The notes below the pieces were generated by a model. It saw nothing but the letters and a program-made list of their open reading frames with translations. It was not told the origin of the DNA and did no database searches. A DNA stretch of 64,000 bases from a virus. A program made the position numbers and the translations under genes. Of the stretch, positions 1 to 9,242 are shown piece after piece. Every line of letters starts with the position of its first letter. The first letter of the stretch is position 1. The stretch lies in IMG/VR virus record IMGVR_UViG_3300045303_000221, positions 1 to 64,000 of that record; one strand, written 5' to 3'.

Positions 1-221
1 CGTTCGTCGGCTCGGGTACGACGGGGTGCGCGGCGATGCTGGAGCCGACGGTGGGCCGGTTCGTGGGGATCGAGAAGGACGACGAGTTCGTGCCGATCGC
101 GCGGGCGCGGGTGGCGTGGTGGGCGGAGCATCCGGATGGGATGGAGGTGACGGCGCGGCTGGCGGCGGAGCGGGGGCGGCGGGAGCGGGCGGACGCGGGC
201 CAGCTTGATCTGTTCTCCTGA
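1..221 (+). CDS. DNA methyltransferase, C-terminal part (N4/N6 beta class; gene begins upstream of the window)
   Basis: The frame starting at nt 3 reads FVGSGTTGCAAMLE...FVGIEKD...IARARV, the SAM-binding FxGSGTT motif and typical MTase C-terminus. Confidence 0.8.
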   Translation, partial: FVGSGTTGCAAMLEPTVGRFVGIEKDDEFVPIARARVAWWAEHPDGMEVTARLAAERGRRERADAGQLDLFS

Positions 222-232
222 ACCGGCGGCAT

Positions 233-288
233 GACGCACGATGTGTGCTATTCTTGGAGTGCGGGGAGAGGCCCCGCAGAGAGAGGAG
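233..288 (+). promoter_or_regulatory. Repeated promoter-hairpin-AGAGAGG cassette
   Basis: GACGCACGATGTGTGC-TATTCT (extended -10), then GCGGGG-AGAGG-CCCCGC hairpin and AGAGAGAGGAG before ATG 295. Confidence 0.8.
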
Positions 289-294
289 AGCGTC

Positions 295-597
295 ATGGAG
301 AACACCTTCCGCGAGTGCGACGCCCGGACGCTGGTCACGCAGATCGGACGGATGAACGTCCTCGCCATCAGCGGCGGGCGCGTCATGGCTCGCGAGACGG
401 GCGTCACGCTGCCGGTCGGCTGCGGCTACAGCGTCACCGTCGATCTGGACGGGAACGACACCTACGTCGTGCGCCGGGTGTTCAAGCGGGGCGCGAAGGT
501 CTGGGTCAAGGGCGAGCAGACCAACGTCTACTTCGATGAGGTGGGCGAGGTCGCGTACCAGGCTTCCTGCTTCCGCAACGGCGAGTGGGGCGTCTAA
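295..597 (+). CDS. Hypothetical phage protein
   Basis: ORF with RBS directly after the cassette and typical codon usage. Confidence 0.75.
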   Translation: MENTFRECDARTLVTQIGRMNVLAISGGRVMARETGVTLPVGCGYSVTVDLDGNDTYVVRRVFKRGAKVWVKGEQTNVYFDEVGEVAYQASCFRNGEWGV

Positions 598-646
598 GCT
601 CACGACATGTTACAATGGGGATGCGGGGAGGGACCCCGCAGAGAGG
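595..646 (+). promoter_or_regulatory. Repeated promoter-hairpin-AGAGAGG cassette
   Basis: TAAGCTCACGACATGT-TACAAT, GCGGGG-AGGGA-CCCCGC, AGAGAGG. Confidence 0.8.
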
Positions 647-656
647 CAGGTGCGAG

Positions 657-908
657 ATGACTGGATACACGATCCGCGAGCGCGAGGTGCGCGGGCGCGA
701 CGGACTCCTGGGCTACAACATCGAGGTGGTCAAGCCCGACGGCACCGTCCGCACCACGATCGAGGCTCGCCTCCCCGGCGAGGGCATGTTCGGCGGGGTC
801 GATCAGGGCGGCGTGAACTGGGCCGCGATCGGCACGGCCGACGCCGCCCTGGCGACTGCCTTCGCCGCGGCCATCACGCGCGGGGCCGACCTGATCGGGG
901 AGGTCTGA
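657..908 (+). CDS. Hypothetical protein
   Basis: ATG 657 follows the cassette. Confidence 0.7.
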   Translation: MTGYTIREREVRGRDGLLGYNIEVVKPDGTVRTTIEARLPGEGMFGGVDQGGVNWAAIGTADAALATAFAAAITRGADLIGEV

Positions 909-913
909 CGATC

Positions 914-1264
914 ATGGGACTGAGAGCTTCGATCTACCGCGACTGCTCGATGCAGAACTGCTCCAACGGGGGCATCTCGGCCTACGCGGATCGCGTCACC
1001 GTCGTCAACGTGCCCGGACCGCATGAGCCGACGGAGGACGCGCCCGGCGTGATCCTCCAGCGCGGGCCGCTGGGCACCGTCAACGCGGTGCCGGTGGACG
1101 GCGGCGGGCCGCAGATGATCGGCCCGATGATGGGCGGCTGCTACATCGCCACGTCCGACTCGCGCTTCAGCGAGAAGGTGCGCTCGCTCGGCGGCTCGTA
1201 CGGAGCCATCGCGCTGCACGACCGCTACGAGTCGGTCGAACTGAACCGCTCGATGTCGCTCTGA
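914..1264 (+). CDS. Hypothetical phage protein
   Basis: MGLRASIYRD...CSNGGIS...; translationally coupled to neighbours. Confidence 0.7.
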   Translation: MGLRASIYRDCSMQNCSNGGISAYADRVTVVNVPGPHEPTEDAPGVILQRGPLGTVNAVPVDGGGPQMIGPMMGGCYIATSDSRFSEKVRSLGGSYGAIALHDRYESVELNRSMSL

Positions 1265-1548
1265 TGGCGACGCGAAAGAAGACGGAGGCGACGATGCTGC
1301 CGCCCGGGACGCGCGTGATGGACGACCGAGGCAACCTTGGCACGGTCGTCGGCTGGGCGGGTCGGCACAACGGCTTCTACGTCCGGTACGACGAGCGGTT
1401 CAACCAGTTCTCGCCGGACGTGTGCCGGGTGTCGAGCATCCGGTTGACGCCGACCGACCCGAAGCTGCACGAGCAGTGGGAGAAGCGCTGGGCGACGGCG
1501 GCGTTCATCGACCGCTCGTGGACGGCGGCGGCGTGCGGGGCCGCGTGA
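1264..1548 (+). CDS. Hypothetical protein
   Basis: Overlapping TGATG coupling. Confidence 0.65.
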   Translation: MATRKKTEATMLPPGTRVMDDRGNLGTVVGWAGRHNGFYVRYDERFNQFSPDVCRVSSIRLTPTDPKLHEQWEKRWATAAFIDRSWTAAACGAA

Positions 1549-1787
1549 TGGCGGCCCCGACCGAGCACCGGACGTTCGTGTACGCGACCGGGCGCGGCGT
1601 GCGGGCCGGGAAGGGGAAGACGATCGGCTGGCACGCTTCGTGCGACTGCGGCTGGACGGCGGATGGCGTGAGGGGCGGCATGACGAAGGGCATGGCCGTT
1701 GCTCGCGACCATCGGCTGGACGCGAGGGCGCAGACCCGGCTGGCGCGACCGGGCGGTCCGTCGGGTCGCGCGCCGGGGATGCGGTGA
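1548..1787 (+). CDS. Small protein with CxC...H zinc-binding-like motif
   Basis: TGATG coupling; HASCDCGW motif. Confidence 0.55.
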   Translation: MAAPTEHRTFVYATGRGVRAGKGKTIGWHASCDCGWTADGVRGGMTKGMAVARDHRLDARAQTRLARPGGPSGRAPGMR

Positions 1788-1843
1788 GGTTTGCGGAGTG
1801 GCGGCGGGGAGAGTCCGTGGTGGCAAACCTATAGGAGGGCCAG

Positions 1844-1927
1844 ATGCTGGCGAATCCGAACGACCCGAACGATCCGGGCAAGCCGAATCCGAACGATCCG
1901 GATCCGACGAAGCCGAGCGGCCGGTAG
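1844..1927 (+). CDS. 27-aa Asn/Pro/Asp repeat micropeptide
   Basis: AGGAGG RBS; MLANPNDPNDPGKPNPNDPDPTKPSGR; followed by a long GC hairpin. Confidence 0.5.
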   Translation: MLANPNDPNDPGKPNPNDPDPTKPSGR

Positions 1928-1972
1928 ACGCCGGAGGGGCGTGCCCGCGCCACGGGGCACGTCCCTCCGTCT

Positions 1973-2094
1973 TGGCTCACGATGTGTGTTACACTTCCTG
2001 GTGCGTGGAGGAGCCGGTCAGAATCCGGCCCGGGCAGGTAGCCGGTGGTGATGGTCAAGCACACTGCGCAGGTCGGATGAGCCGACAGAGAGGG
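1973..2094 (+). promoter_or_regulatory. Cassette variant with an extended, structured 5' leader
   Basis: GCTCACGATGTGTGT-TACACT, a multi-hairpin leader, then GTCGG/CCGAC hairpin plus AGAGAGG. Confidence 0.7.
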
Positions 2095-2102
2095 GTGCGA
2101 CG

Positions 2103-2270
2103 ATGAAGAAGCAGAAGATGCTGGCGGCGGCGGGCGTGCTGGCGATGAACGTGCCGCGCGACGAGTACGCGGTCGCGCGAGCGAAGCGCGAGGCGCTGGT
2201 CGGCGGGTTCCGCGCGAAGGGCAAGGGCTACGGCAAGCGCGACCGGACGGCCTGGAAGAAGGGCGCGTGA
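2103..2270 (+). CDS. Small basic protein (55 aa; below ORF-track cutoff)
   Basis: MKKQKMLAAAG...KRDRTAWKKGA; ATG follows the cassette. Confidence 0.6.
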   Translation: MKKQKMLAAAGVLAMNVPRDEYAVARAKREALVGGFRAKGKGYGKRDRTAWKKGA

Positions 2271-2485
2271 TGGTCACCGCCAAGGGCTTCAAGCGGATCG
2301 CGACGATGGCAGGAACGTCGGCGCGCGAGGACGGCGACGGCTACCTATCGGCCGTCCACCCGGTGACGGAGTACGTGCTCGTGCGCTCGCCGACTGGCGG
2401 CGTGTCTGTGCACGCGAGCTACGGAAGCTGGGACAGCGGCGAGAACGCGCTGTCGGCGCTGACCGCGATCTGGAAGGGACGCTGA
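2270..2485 (+). CDS. Hypothetical protein
   Basis: Coupled ORF. Confidence 0.55.
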   Translation: MVTAKGFKRIATMAGTSAREDGDGYLSAVHPVTEYVLVRSPTGGVSVHASYGSWDSGENALSALTAIWKGR

Positions 2486-2637
2486 TGCTCAAGAACGGAC
2501 GCACCATGCTCCACAAGGTCGGCCTCCACTGCGGCTGTTCGTGCTGCAACTCCAAGCAGGTGCGGCGGGCGCAGAAGAAGTCGCTCCGGCAGCGCGAGGC
2601 GCGCGCCTGGAAGCGGGATCAGGAGCGCGCCGCGTAG
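2485..2637 (+). CDS. Small basic Cys-rich protein (50 aa)
   Basis: TGATG coupling; HCGCSCC followed by a Lys/Arg-rich helix. Confidence 0.55.
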   Translation: MLKNGRTMLHKVGLHCGCSCCNSKQVRRAQKKSLRQREARAWKRDQERAA

Positions 2638-2692
2638 ACTCTAGGCATGTCCGGCTGGCACTCCCGGCACGGCTCGGCGCGGTGATGATGGC

Positions 2693-5600
2693 GTGGCGCT
2701 GAACGCCGACCTACAGGTGCTGACGATGCCCGCGGCGACGGGCAACCAGACGTACTCGCTGGCCGCGAACTTCGACCCGAAGGCGATCCTGCTGTGGGCG
2801 ACGCCGCAGACGGCGGACGGCGCGGCCAACTCGATCGCGTTCGGGATGGGGTTCGCCACCTACAAGGGTGGCGCGGTGCAGCAGGCGTACACGGCGTTCC
2901 GGGCGCTGACGGCGGCGGCCAACTCCGACCTGGCGTTCGGCGGCAACACGGACGCCGCGCTGGTGCTGCATACGCAGACGGCGGGCCTGGCGACGCGCGA
3001 CCTGGAGGTCAGGCTGGCCTCGATGCAGACCGGCGCGACGAGCAACGTGGTGCTGAACTGGGTCAACCGGCACACGACGGCCTCGATCCGCGTGTTCATG
3101 CTCGTGCTCGGCGGCTCCGACATCACCGACGCGACCGTCAAGAACGAGTCGCTGACCGGCACGGCCCAGGATCTGCGCGCGGCTGGGTTCCAGCCCGACC
3201 TGATCTTCGCGATGCACAACGGTGCCTACCTGACGGATGTGGCGGACAACTCCGGCTTCGGGTTCGGGTTCGGCTTGAAGGGTGGCACGGGACAGTCGTT
3301 CGGGATGGAGATGTCGGACGGCTCGACCAACGCGCAGATCGCGGCGCAGCAGCGCTCGGACAGGATGATCCTGGCGCAGTACGCAGTGGCGGCGTCATCC
3401 GCGTCGTCGCTCTGCTCCGGCAGGCTGGACGCGGCGGAGAACTGGCCGTCGGACGGCTTCCGGATGCTGTACGACGCGACGATCCCGTTCGACTGCTGGA
3501 TGAGCTACCTGGCGATCAAGACCACAGCGCAGATCGCTATGGGCGTGAACACGGCCCCGACGACTGGCTCTCCCCCGGCCGCGCAGGACAACGCCGCCGG
3601 GTTCGTGCCGAAGGTCGCCCTCGTGCACGGCTGGAGCTTGCCCGCAGGCACCGCGATCGACACGACCTCGACCAGCCTGCTCGGGTACGGGATCGGCGCG
3701 ACGGACGGCACCGACGAGGTGTACGCGGGCTTCACAGACGACGACGCGATCGGCACGATGGTTTCCCGCTCCATCTCGTCGGTCGGCAAGATCCTGCAGA
3801 ACTGGACGCCAGTGACGCCGACCCTGGTGAGTCAGGCGGACTCGTCGTTCGTGGGAAACAACCTGCGGTTGCAGTGGGTGGCGGCCGACACGGTGGCGCG
3901 TCAGTACCAGTGGCTGGTGCTGGGCGACGCGCCAACCTGGACGAGATTCCCGACGACGCCGATCCTGGACAACCTGAATCGGGCGAACACCGGTCCGCCG
4001 CCTGGCCCCGGCTGGACGAGCGGGCTGTTCGGCACGCCCGCGAACGAGCATGGCTGGGTCCTGCAGGGCAACGAGATGCGACCGCAGGGGTCCTATTCGT
4101 CGCCGCAGTTCGCGTCGCAATACTGGTCAGCGCCGATCGCGTCGAACGACCACGAGGTCTACTTCACGGAGGCGTGGGACCCGGCGTTCGCGAACCACGA
4201 GCTATGGGCGCGCGTGTCGAACCCCGGCACGTCCGGCGTGAGCGCCTACCTGGTGACGTTCTATCACAACGGCGGCGTGATCCAGAAGTACGTGTCGGGC
4301 GCGTGGACTGACCTGGCCGGACCGTTCACGACGGCGTTCATCAACTCGCCGACAGGGATGGGGCTGCGCGTCGTCGGCAACACGATCACGGTGTTCGTCC
4401 GCCTGCCGAACGGGCAGTGGCAGCCGATCTCGTCCGCCACCGATTCGACGCTGACCACCGGCACACACATCGGCGTGCTCGGGTACGACAACAATCTGTC
4501 GTACGACGACTTCGGCGGCGGCGCGTACGTCAATCCGCTCTCGGGGACGACGACGCCGATCAGCGTCGGCGGCACGATCACGCCGGGGCCGTCTGCGGAT
4601 GCGTACTCGATCGGCAAGGGGCTGGGCAGCGCCTCCTCGCCGCCGTCGGGGTCGGTCACGCCTGCGGGTGCGCTGTCGATTGCGCCGGTGCCGGTCGAGA
4701 CGGTGATCGATGATTTCAACCGGGCGGACGGACTGGTCACGGCGGGGGCGGGGTCAACGATCTGGGCGGCGACGCGGATCGACGCGGCGACGGCGGTCGC
4801 GATCCGCACGATCAGCAACGCGCTCGGGAACACGATCACCGGCTGGCAGAACGGGTGGACGCAGGCGTTCTACGCGCGGAACGCCGACTTGATCGCGGAC
4901 TGCGTGGTGAAGCCCACGTCGGGCGAGTTCACGCTCTGGTTCGCGTTGCGCGGCGCGGGCGCGACGACGTTCTCCGGTTACGCGCTGGTGCTCGCGATCG
5001 GCGCGACGGACACGTGGACGCTGCGGAGCTACACGAACGGCGTGAATGACGGCACGATCGCGTCGCAGGCGAGCGTGCCGACGCTGGCCGCTGGAGGCTC
5101 GATCTGGGTGCGGAAGCGCGGCACGGCGCTGGAGTTCTACCGGCGGCCGTCCGGCGGCGACTGGACACGGGTGTTCGCGGCGACGAGTTCGCTGTATGAC
5201 CGCTCCGGCTCGTTCGGGATCGAGTTGTCGGACACGACGACGCGATGGGACAACCTGCGCGGCGGGCCGGTCGCCGCGGCCGTGTCGAACCCGCTCTCGG
5301 TGGCGGGCACGGTCACTCCGGCCAGTGTGGTCCGGCGCTCGCTGGCGCGGACGCTGACCGCGACGATCACCCCGGCGGGCGCGCTGCGGCGGACGTGGGC
5401 GCGGACGCTGACGGGCCTCGTCACGCCAGCCGGGGTGACGGTCCGGGTGGGGACGCTGATACGAGCGTTCGCGGGGACGATCACGCCGATCGGTTCGGAG
5501 AAGCGGAGCCTCGCGCGGCGGTTCACGGCGACGCTCACTCCGGCCGGTGCGGCGGTGCGGAGCCTCGCGCGGACGCTGACCGGCCTCGTCACGCCGGGTG

Positions 5601-7891
5601 GCGCGACGAGGCGGCAGACCACGAGGCAGGCGGCGGGCACGATCACTCCCGCTGGAGCGCCGATCATCCGGAGCCTCGCGCTCCACGTCGGCGGCACGCT
5701 TACACCCGCCGGGTCGTCCAACGTCGTCCGGCCGGGCGTGACGAGGCCGCTCAGCGTCAGCGGCACGCTCGGCGGCGCGGTCGCGTTTGACCCGACGGCG
5801 CTGCCGGGGCTGGCGGTGTGGATCGACTTCGCGGGGTGCACGCACGACGGCTCGCAGATCGTGTCGTGGGGGCACGGCGGCTACGCGCCGGACGCAATCA
5901 TCGAGGGCACGGCCTCCGGCACGCCGACGTGGGAGATGAACGAACTGAACGGCCTGTCTGTGGCGCGATTCTCGGCGGGCGGTGGTCGCCTGCGGATCCC
6001 GGGCTGCGGCGTCACGGCGGACTGGACGGTGGCCTACGTCGCGCGGATGCGGGGGCCGACGGCGGGCCGGATTCTGTCCAACATCTCGGTCGGCACCGGC
6101 GGGAACCTGCTCCTCGGTTACTGGAGCGGGTTTGAGGACGTGATGTACGACAACGGGTTCGGCATCCCGGACACGAGGCAGACGGTGACGACGGCGTGGA
6201 AGCTCTACTCGGGCGACGGCAACTCGGGCGCGACGCGGGCGCGCATGTTCCTGGACGGCGTACTGCTCGGCACGAGTAACACGGCGCTCGGCTGGGACAA
6301 CGGCTTCGCGCTGAGCGGCTTCGCAGCGACGACCCCGGACGAGTCGTGCGACTGCGACGTGGCCGAGGTCGTCATGTACGACCACCAGTTGACGACCGTG
6401 GAGCGCCAGCAGGTCGAGGCGTACCTGCGAGCGAAGTGGCTGGTGGCCCCGGCCAGCACGCTCGCGGGTGAGCTTGAGGTGAACCAGATCATCGGCGCGC
6501 TCACCTACCCGCTGACGCCGGGCGGCACGCTCACACCCGCCGGGTCGGTGCGGCGCGAGAGTACCCTGCACGAGACGGCGAGCCTCGCTCCTGCCGGGGC
6601 GATGCGCCGGGCTACGGCGAGGACGTTCGGGGCGACGCTCTCGCAGGTCGGCGCGCTCGCCGTCCCTTGCACCCTTCGCCGATCGATGGCGGGGTCGATC
6701 GCTCCGGCCGGGGCGCTGCGCCGATCGCTCGTGCGGACGCTGGCGGGGACGGCCACCTCGACCGGGGTGGCGACGCGCGTCGTCGGCCACAAGGTGGCGG
6801 GCACGATCACTCCGACGAGCACGGCCGGGCGGGCGATGGCGCGGACGCTGGCGGGGACGCTCACGCCCACCGGCGCGGCGTTGCGCGCGACCACGCACCT
6901 GATCGCGCTCGGCGGATCGCTCGCCCCGGCTGGGGATCAGCGACGCACGACCACGCGCCTGATGGGCAGCACGCTCGTGCCGGGGCCGTCGCTGTTGCTG
7001 CGGTCGCTCGGGAACAGGCTCACGACGAGCGGCACGGTGACGAGTTCAGGCACGGTCGCGGTGATCCGCGCGACCGGGGTCGTCATGGGCGGGACGCTCA
7101 CCTCGGGCAGCGTGCTGCGCCGCGCCACGGGGAAGCTCGCGGTCGGGACGGTCACGCCCACTGGGGCGGAGACGCGGAAGCTCACGCTGTCGATGACGCT
7201 GACCGGGGTGGTCGCGGCGACCGGCTCGGTGCAGCGCGCGATCACGCACAAGTTCGCGGGCACGATCACGCCGCAGGGTGCGCTGGCCGCGTCGCGCGCC
7301 TACCTGCGGGCCGTCGGCGGGACGCTCACGTCTGCCGGGACGATCCGGAGCAGCGTCGGGAAGACGAACTTCGCGGGCACGCTGCTGCCGACGGGGGCGC
7401 TGCGCAGTACGCTCGCGCGGACGCTGACCGGCACGATCGCTCCGGCGGGGGAGGTCGTGAAGGCGACGGCGCGGCGGTTCTCCGGGACGCTGACGCCCTC
7501 CAGCGTGCTGACCGAGGGGTTGGCGTTCGTGCGGTCGATGGGCGGCACGCTAGCCGCAGCGGGCGCTCAGGCGCTTGCGGTGGGGAAGCGGCTTGTCGCA
7601 CTCGTGTCGCCAGAGGGCGACGTGGACACGACATTCACGGCGGCGATCCCGTCCGAGGTGCTGGTGCCCGGCTTCACGCAGCCGGTGCGGTTCGGCGTCC
7701 CGACGGCGACGCAGGCGATCCCGAGCCTCGTCGGCGTGTCGGCGTCGTCCCTGCCGACCGGCCGGGTAGGATCGGTGAACGGCCAGCGGCAGCCCGTCGC
7801 TGCGCCCGTCGCCACGCAGACGGGTCGCGTGTCGGCGGCCGTCAGCAAGACTGGGATCGGTAGCGTGACGACGACGAGGAGAGGCCAATGA
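2693..7891 (+). CDS. Large virion fibre/adhesin-like protein with LamG/concanavalin-like domains and ~21-aa repeats
   Basis: 1732 aa; DDFNRA and CDVAEVVMYDHQLTTVERQQVEAYLRAKW LamG-type motifs; many GT(L/I)TPAG...RR..ART repeats. Confidence 0.7.
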   Translation: MALNADLQVLTMPAATGNQTYSLAANFDPKAILLWATPQTADGAANSIAFGMGFATYKGGAVQQAYTAFRALTAAANSDLAFGGNTDAALVLHTQTAGLATRDLEVRLASMQTGATSNVVLNWVNRHTTASIRVFMLVLGGSDITDATVKNESLTGTAQDLRAAGFQPDLIFAMHNGAYLTDVADNSGFGFGFGLKGGTGQSFGMEMSDGSTNAQIAAQQRSDRMILAQYAVAASSASSLCSGRLDAAENWPSDGFRMLYDATIPFDCWMSYLAIKTTAQIAMGVNTAPTTGSPPAAQDNAAGFVPKVALVHGWSLPAGTAIDTTSTSLLGYGIGATDGTDEVYAGFTDDDAIGTMVSRSISSVGKILQNWTPVTPTLVSQADSSFVGNNLRLQWVAADTVARQYQWLVLGDAPTWTRFPTTPILDNLNRANTGPPPGPGWTSGLFGTPANEHGWVLQGNEMRPQGSYSSPQFASQYWSAPIASNDHEVYFTEAWDPAFANHELWARVSNPGTSGVSAYLVTFYHNGGVIQKYVSGAWTDLAGPFTTAFINSPTGMGLRVVGNTITVFVRLPNGQWQPISSATDSTLTTGTHIGVLGYDNNLSYDDFGGGAYVNPLSGTTTPISVGGTITPGPSADAYSIGKGLGSASSPPSGSVTPAGALSIAPVPVETVIDDFNRADGLVTAGAGSTIWAATRIDAATAVAIRTISNALGNTITGWQNGWTQAFYARNADLIADCVVKPTSGEFTLWFALRGAGATTFSGYALVLAIGATDTWTLRSYTNGVNDGTIASQASVPTLAAGGSIWVRKRGTALEFYRRPSGGDWTRVFAATSSLYDRSGSFGIELSDTTTRWDNLRGGPVAAAVSNPLSVAGTVTPASVVRRSLARTLTATITPAGALRRTWARTLTGLVTPAGVTVRVGTLIRAFAGTITPIGSEKRSLARRFTATLTPAGAAVRSLARTLTGLVTPGGATRRQTTRQAAGTITPAGAPIIRSLALHVGGTLTPAGSSNVVRPGVTRPLSVSGTLGGAVAFDPTALPGLAVWIDFAGCTHDGSQIVSWGHGGYAPDAIIEGTASGTPTWEMNELNGLSVARFSAGGGRLRIPGCGVTADWTVAYVARMRGPTAGRILSNISVGTGGNLLLGYWSGFEDVMYDNGFGIPDTRQTVTTAWKLYSGDGNSGATRARMFLDGVLLGTSNTALGWDNGFALSGFAATTPDESCDCDVAEVVMYDHQLTTVERQQVEAYLRAKWLVAPASTLAGELEVNQIIGALTYPLTPGGTLTPAGSVRRESTLHETASLAPAGAMRRATARTFGATLSQVGALAVPCTLRRSMAGSIAPAGALRRSLVRTLAGTATSTGVATRVVGHKVAGTITPTSTAGRAMARTLAGTLTPTGAALRATTHLIALGGSLAPAGDQRRTTTRLMGSTLVPGPSLLLRSLGNRLTTSGTVTSSGTVAVIRATGVVMGGTLTSGSVLRRATGKLAVGTVTPTGAETRKLTLSMTLTGVVAATGSVQRAITHKFAGTITPQGALAASRAYLRAVGGTLTSAGTIRSSVGKTNFAGTLLPTGALRSTLARTLTGTIAPAGEVVKATARRFSGTLTPSSVLTEGLAFVRSMGGTLAAAGAQALAVGKRLVALVSPEGDVDTTFTAAIPSEVLVPGFTQPVRFGVPTATQAIPSLVGVSASSLPTGRVGSVNGQRQPVAAPVATQTGRVSAAVSKTGIGSVTTTRRGQ

Positions 7892-8268
7892 CCGACATGC
7901 TGGTGCCGCGCGGCGACTCGACCACGGTGACGTTCGTGCTGACGAAGGCGAATCTGGAGACGCAGCGGATCGAGCCGTTCCCGATCAACGACGTGGCGCA
8001 CGAGTTCTGGATGACGGTGAAGGACGACACGAGCAGGCCGGACTCGGAGGCGTTCGTGCAGAAGCGGCTGTCCAGTCCGGGCGACATGACGGTGCGCGCT
8101 GCTCCGCTCGACAACGTGGTGGACGTGCACCTGCTCGCGGGCGAGGTGGCGCTGATGCTCGGCGACTACTTCTACGACGCGCAGGTGCGGGTCAACTCCA
8201 CCGGCGAGGTGCGGACGGTGGACATGGGACGGTTCACGGTCGTGCCTGACGTTACGCGCGCGACGTGA
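7888..8268 (+). CDS. BppU N-terminal-like (baseplate/Ig-fold) protein
   Basis: RGDS...GDYFYDAQV...GRFTVVPDVTR pattern; coupled to the fibre gene. Confidence 0.6.
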   Translation: MTDMLVPRGDSTTVTFVLTKANLETQRIEPFPINDVAHEFWMTVKDDTSRPDSEAFVQKRLSSPGDMTVRAAPLDNVVDVHLLAGEVALMLGDYFYDAQVRVNSTGEVRTVDMGRFTVVPDVTRAT

Positions 8269-8321
8269 GTCATGGCATGATCGAAGGCGAGGCCGGGTAA
8301 CGGGCACCCCCGGCCTCAACT

Positions 8322-8382
8322 TATCTCACGACATGTGTTACTATCCGAGGGCGCGTCGATGAACGGCGCGCAGAGAGGGAGG
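8322..8382 (+). promoter_or_regulatory. Repeated cassette upstream of Ku, preceded by a terminator-like hairpin at 8289-8316
   Basis: TATCTCACGACATGTGT-TACTAT, GCGCGTCG/CGGCGCGC hairpin, AGAGAGGGAGG. Confidence 0.75.
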
Positions 8383-8387
8383 CAACG

Positions 8388-9236
8388 ATGGCATCGACGG
8401 TCAAGAACTCCGTGATCGAGTTCGGCACGCTTGCCGTGCCGGTGGCGCTGCGGAAGGTCAGCACGAAGGGCGAGGTCAACTTTGACCGCGCCGCGCCGGA
8501 CGGCTCGCTGATCAAGCGGCTTGAGGTGAACGCGAACACCGGCGAGACGGTGGAGTCGGCGGACATCATCCGCGGCGTCCGCGACGGCGAGGTGTTCCAC
8601 GAGATCCCGGCGACGGCGATCGACGCGATCAACGTCCAGACGAAGCTCGACTCGTTCACGATCGAGGGCTTCGTGCCGCTGGACGAGGTGCCGTGGGAGC
8701 GCGTCACCGACACCTACTACCTGGCCCCGGTGAAGGGCGGCCAGTCCTCGCGCAAGGCGCTGCGGCTGCTCCTGGACGCGATGAAGCCGGTCCCGGCGAA
8801 GGGGCGCGGCAAGGACAAGATCGAGGGACGCGGCGCACGCGCCGGGGTGTTCAAGCTGATGCCCCGCTCCCTCCAGCACCTCGCGGTCGTCTACCCGAAG
8901 GGCGAGGGCCTGTTCGTGAGCACCCTCGCGTGGGCCGAGGACTTCCGGCAGGCCGACGAGGCGGCGGCGGCGCTGGCCGGGATCGAGTCGGACGAGAAGG
9001 CGCTGGAGATGGCGCGCGCCCTGATCGACGCCTACTCGGAGTCGATCGACCTGATCGACACGTTCAAGGACGACGTGCGCGAGAAGCGCGCCGAGTTGAT
9101 CGCGCAGGCTGCGACCGGCGAGGCGATTGTCGTCCCGGAGGCGGCGGGAACGAAGGCGGGCACCGGGGACGACCTGATGGCGGCGCTGGAAGCGTCGCTC
9201 GCGAACCGGAAGCGCAAGGCTGCGGTCGTCGGGTAG
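8388..9236 (+). CDS. ku: Ku-like DNA end-binding protein
   Basis: IEFGTLAVPVAL...IIRG...IEGFVPLDEV...YYLAP...LEMARALID...DLMAALEASL, the bacterial Ku signature. Confidence 0.9.
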   Translation: MASTVKNSVIEFGTLAVPVALRKVSTKGEVNFDRAAPDGSLIKRLEVNANTGETVESADIIRGVRDGEVFHEIPATAIDAINVQTKLDSFTIEGFVPLDEVPWERVTDTYYLAPVKGGQSSRKALRLLLDAMKPVPAKGRGKDKIEGRGARAGVFKLMPRSLQHLAVVYPKGEGLFVSTLAWAEDFRQADEAAAALAGIESDEKALEMARALIDAYSESIDLIDTFKDDVREKRAELIAQAATGEAIVVPEAAGTKAGTGDDLMAALEASLANRKRKAAVVG

Positions 9237-9242
9237 CGCGAG

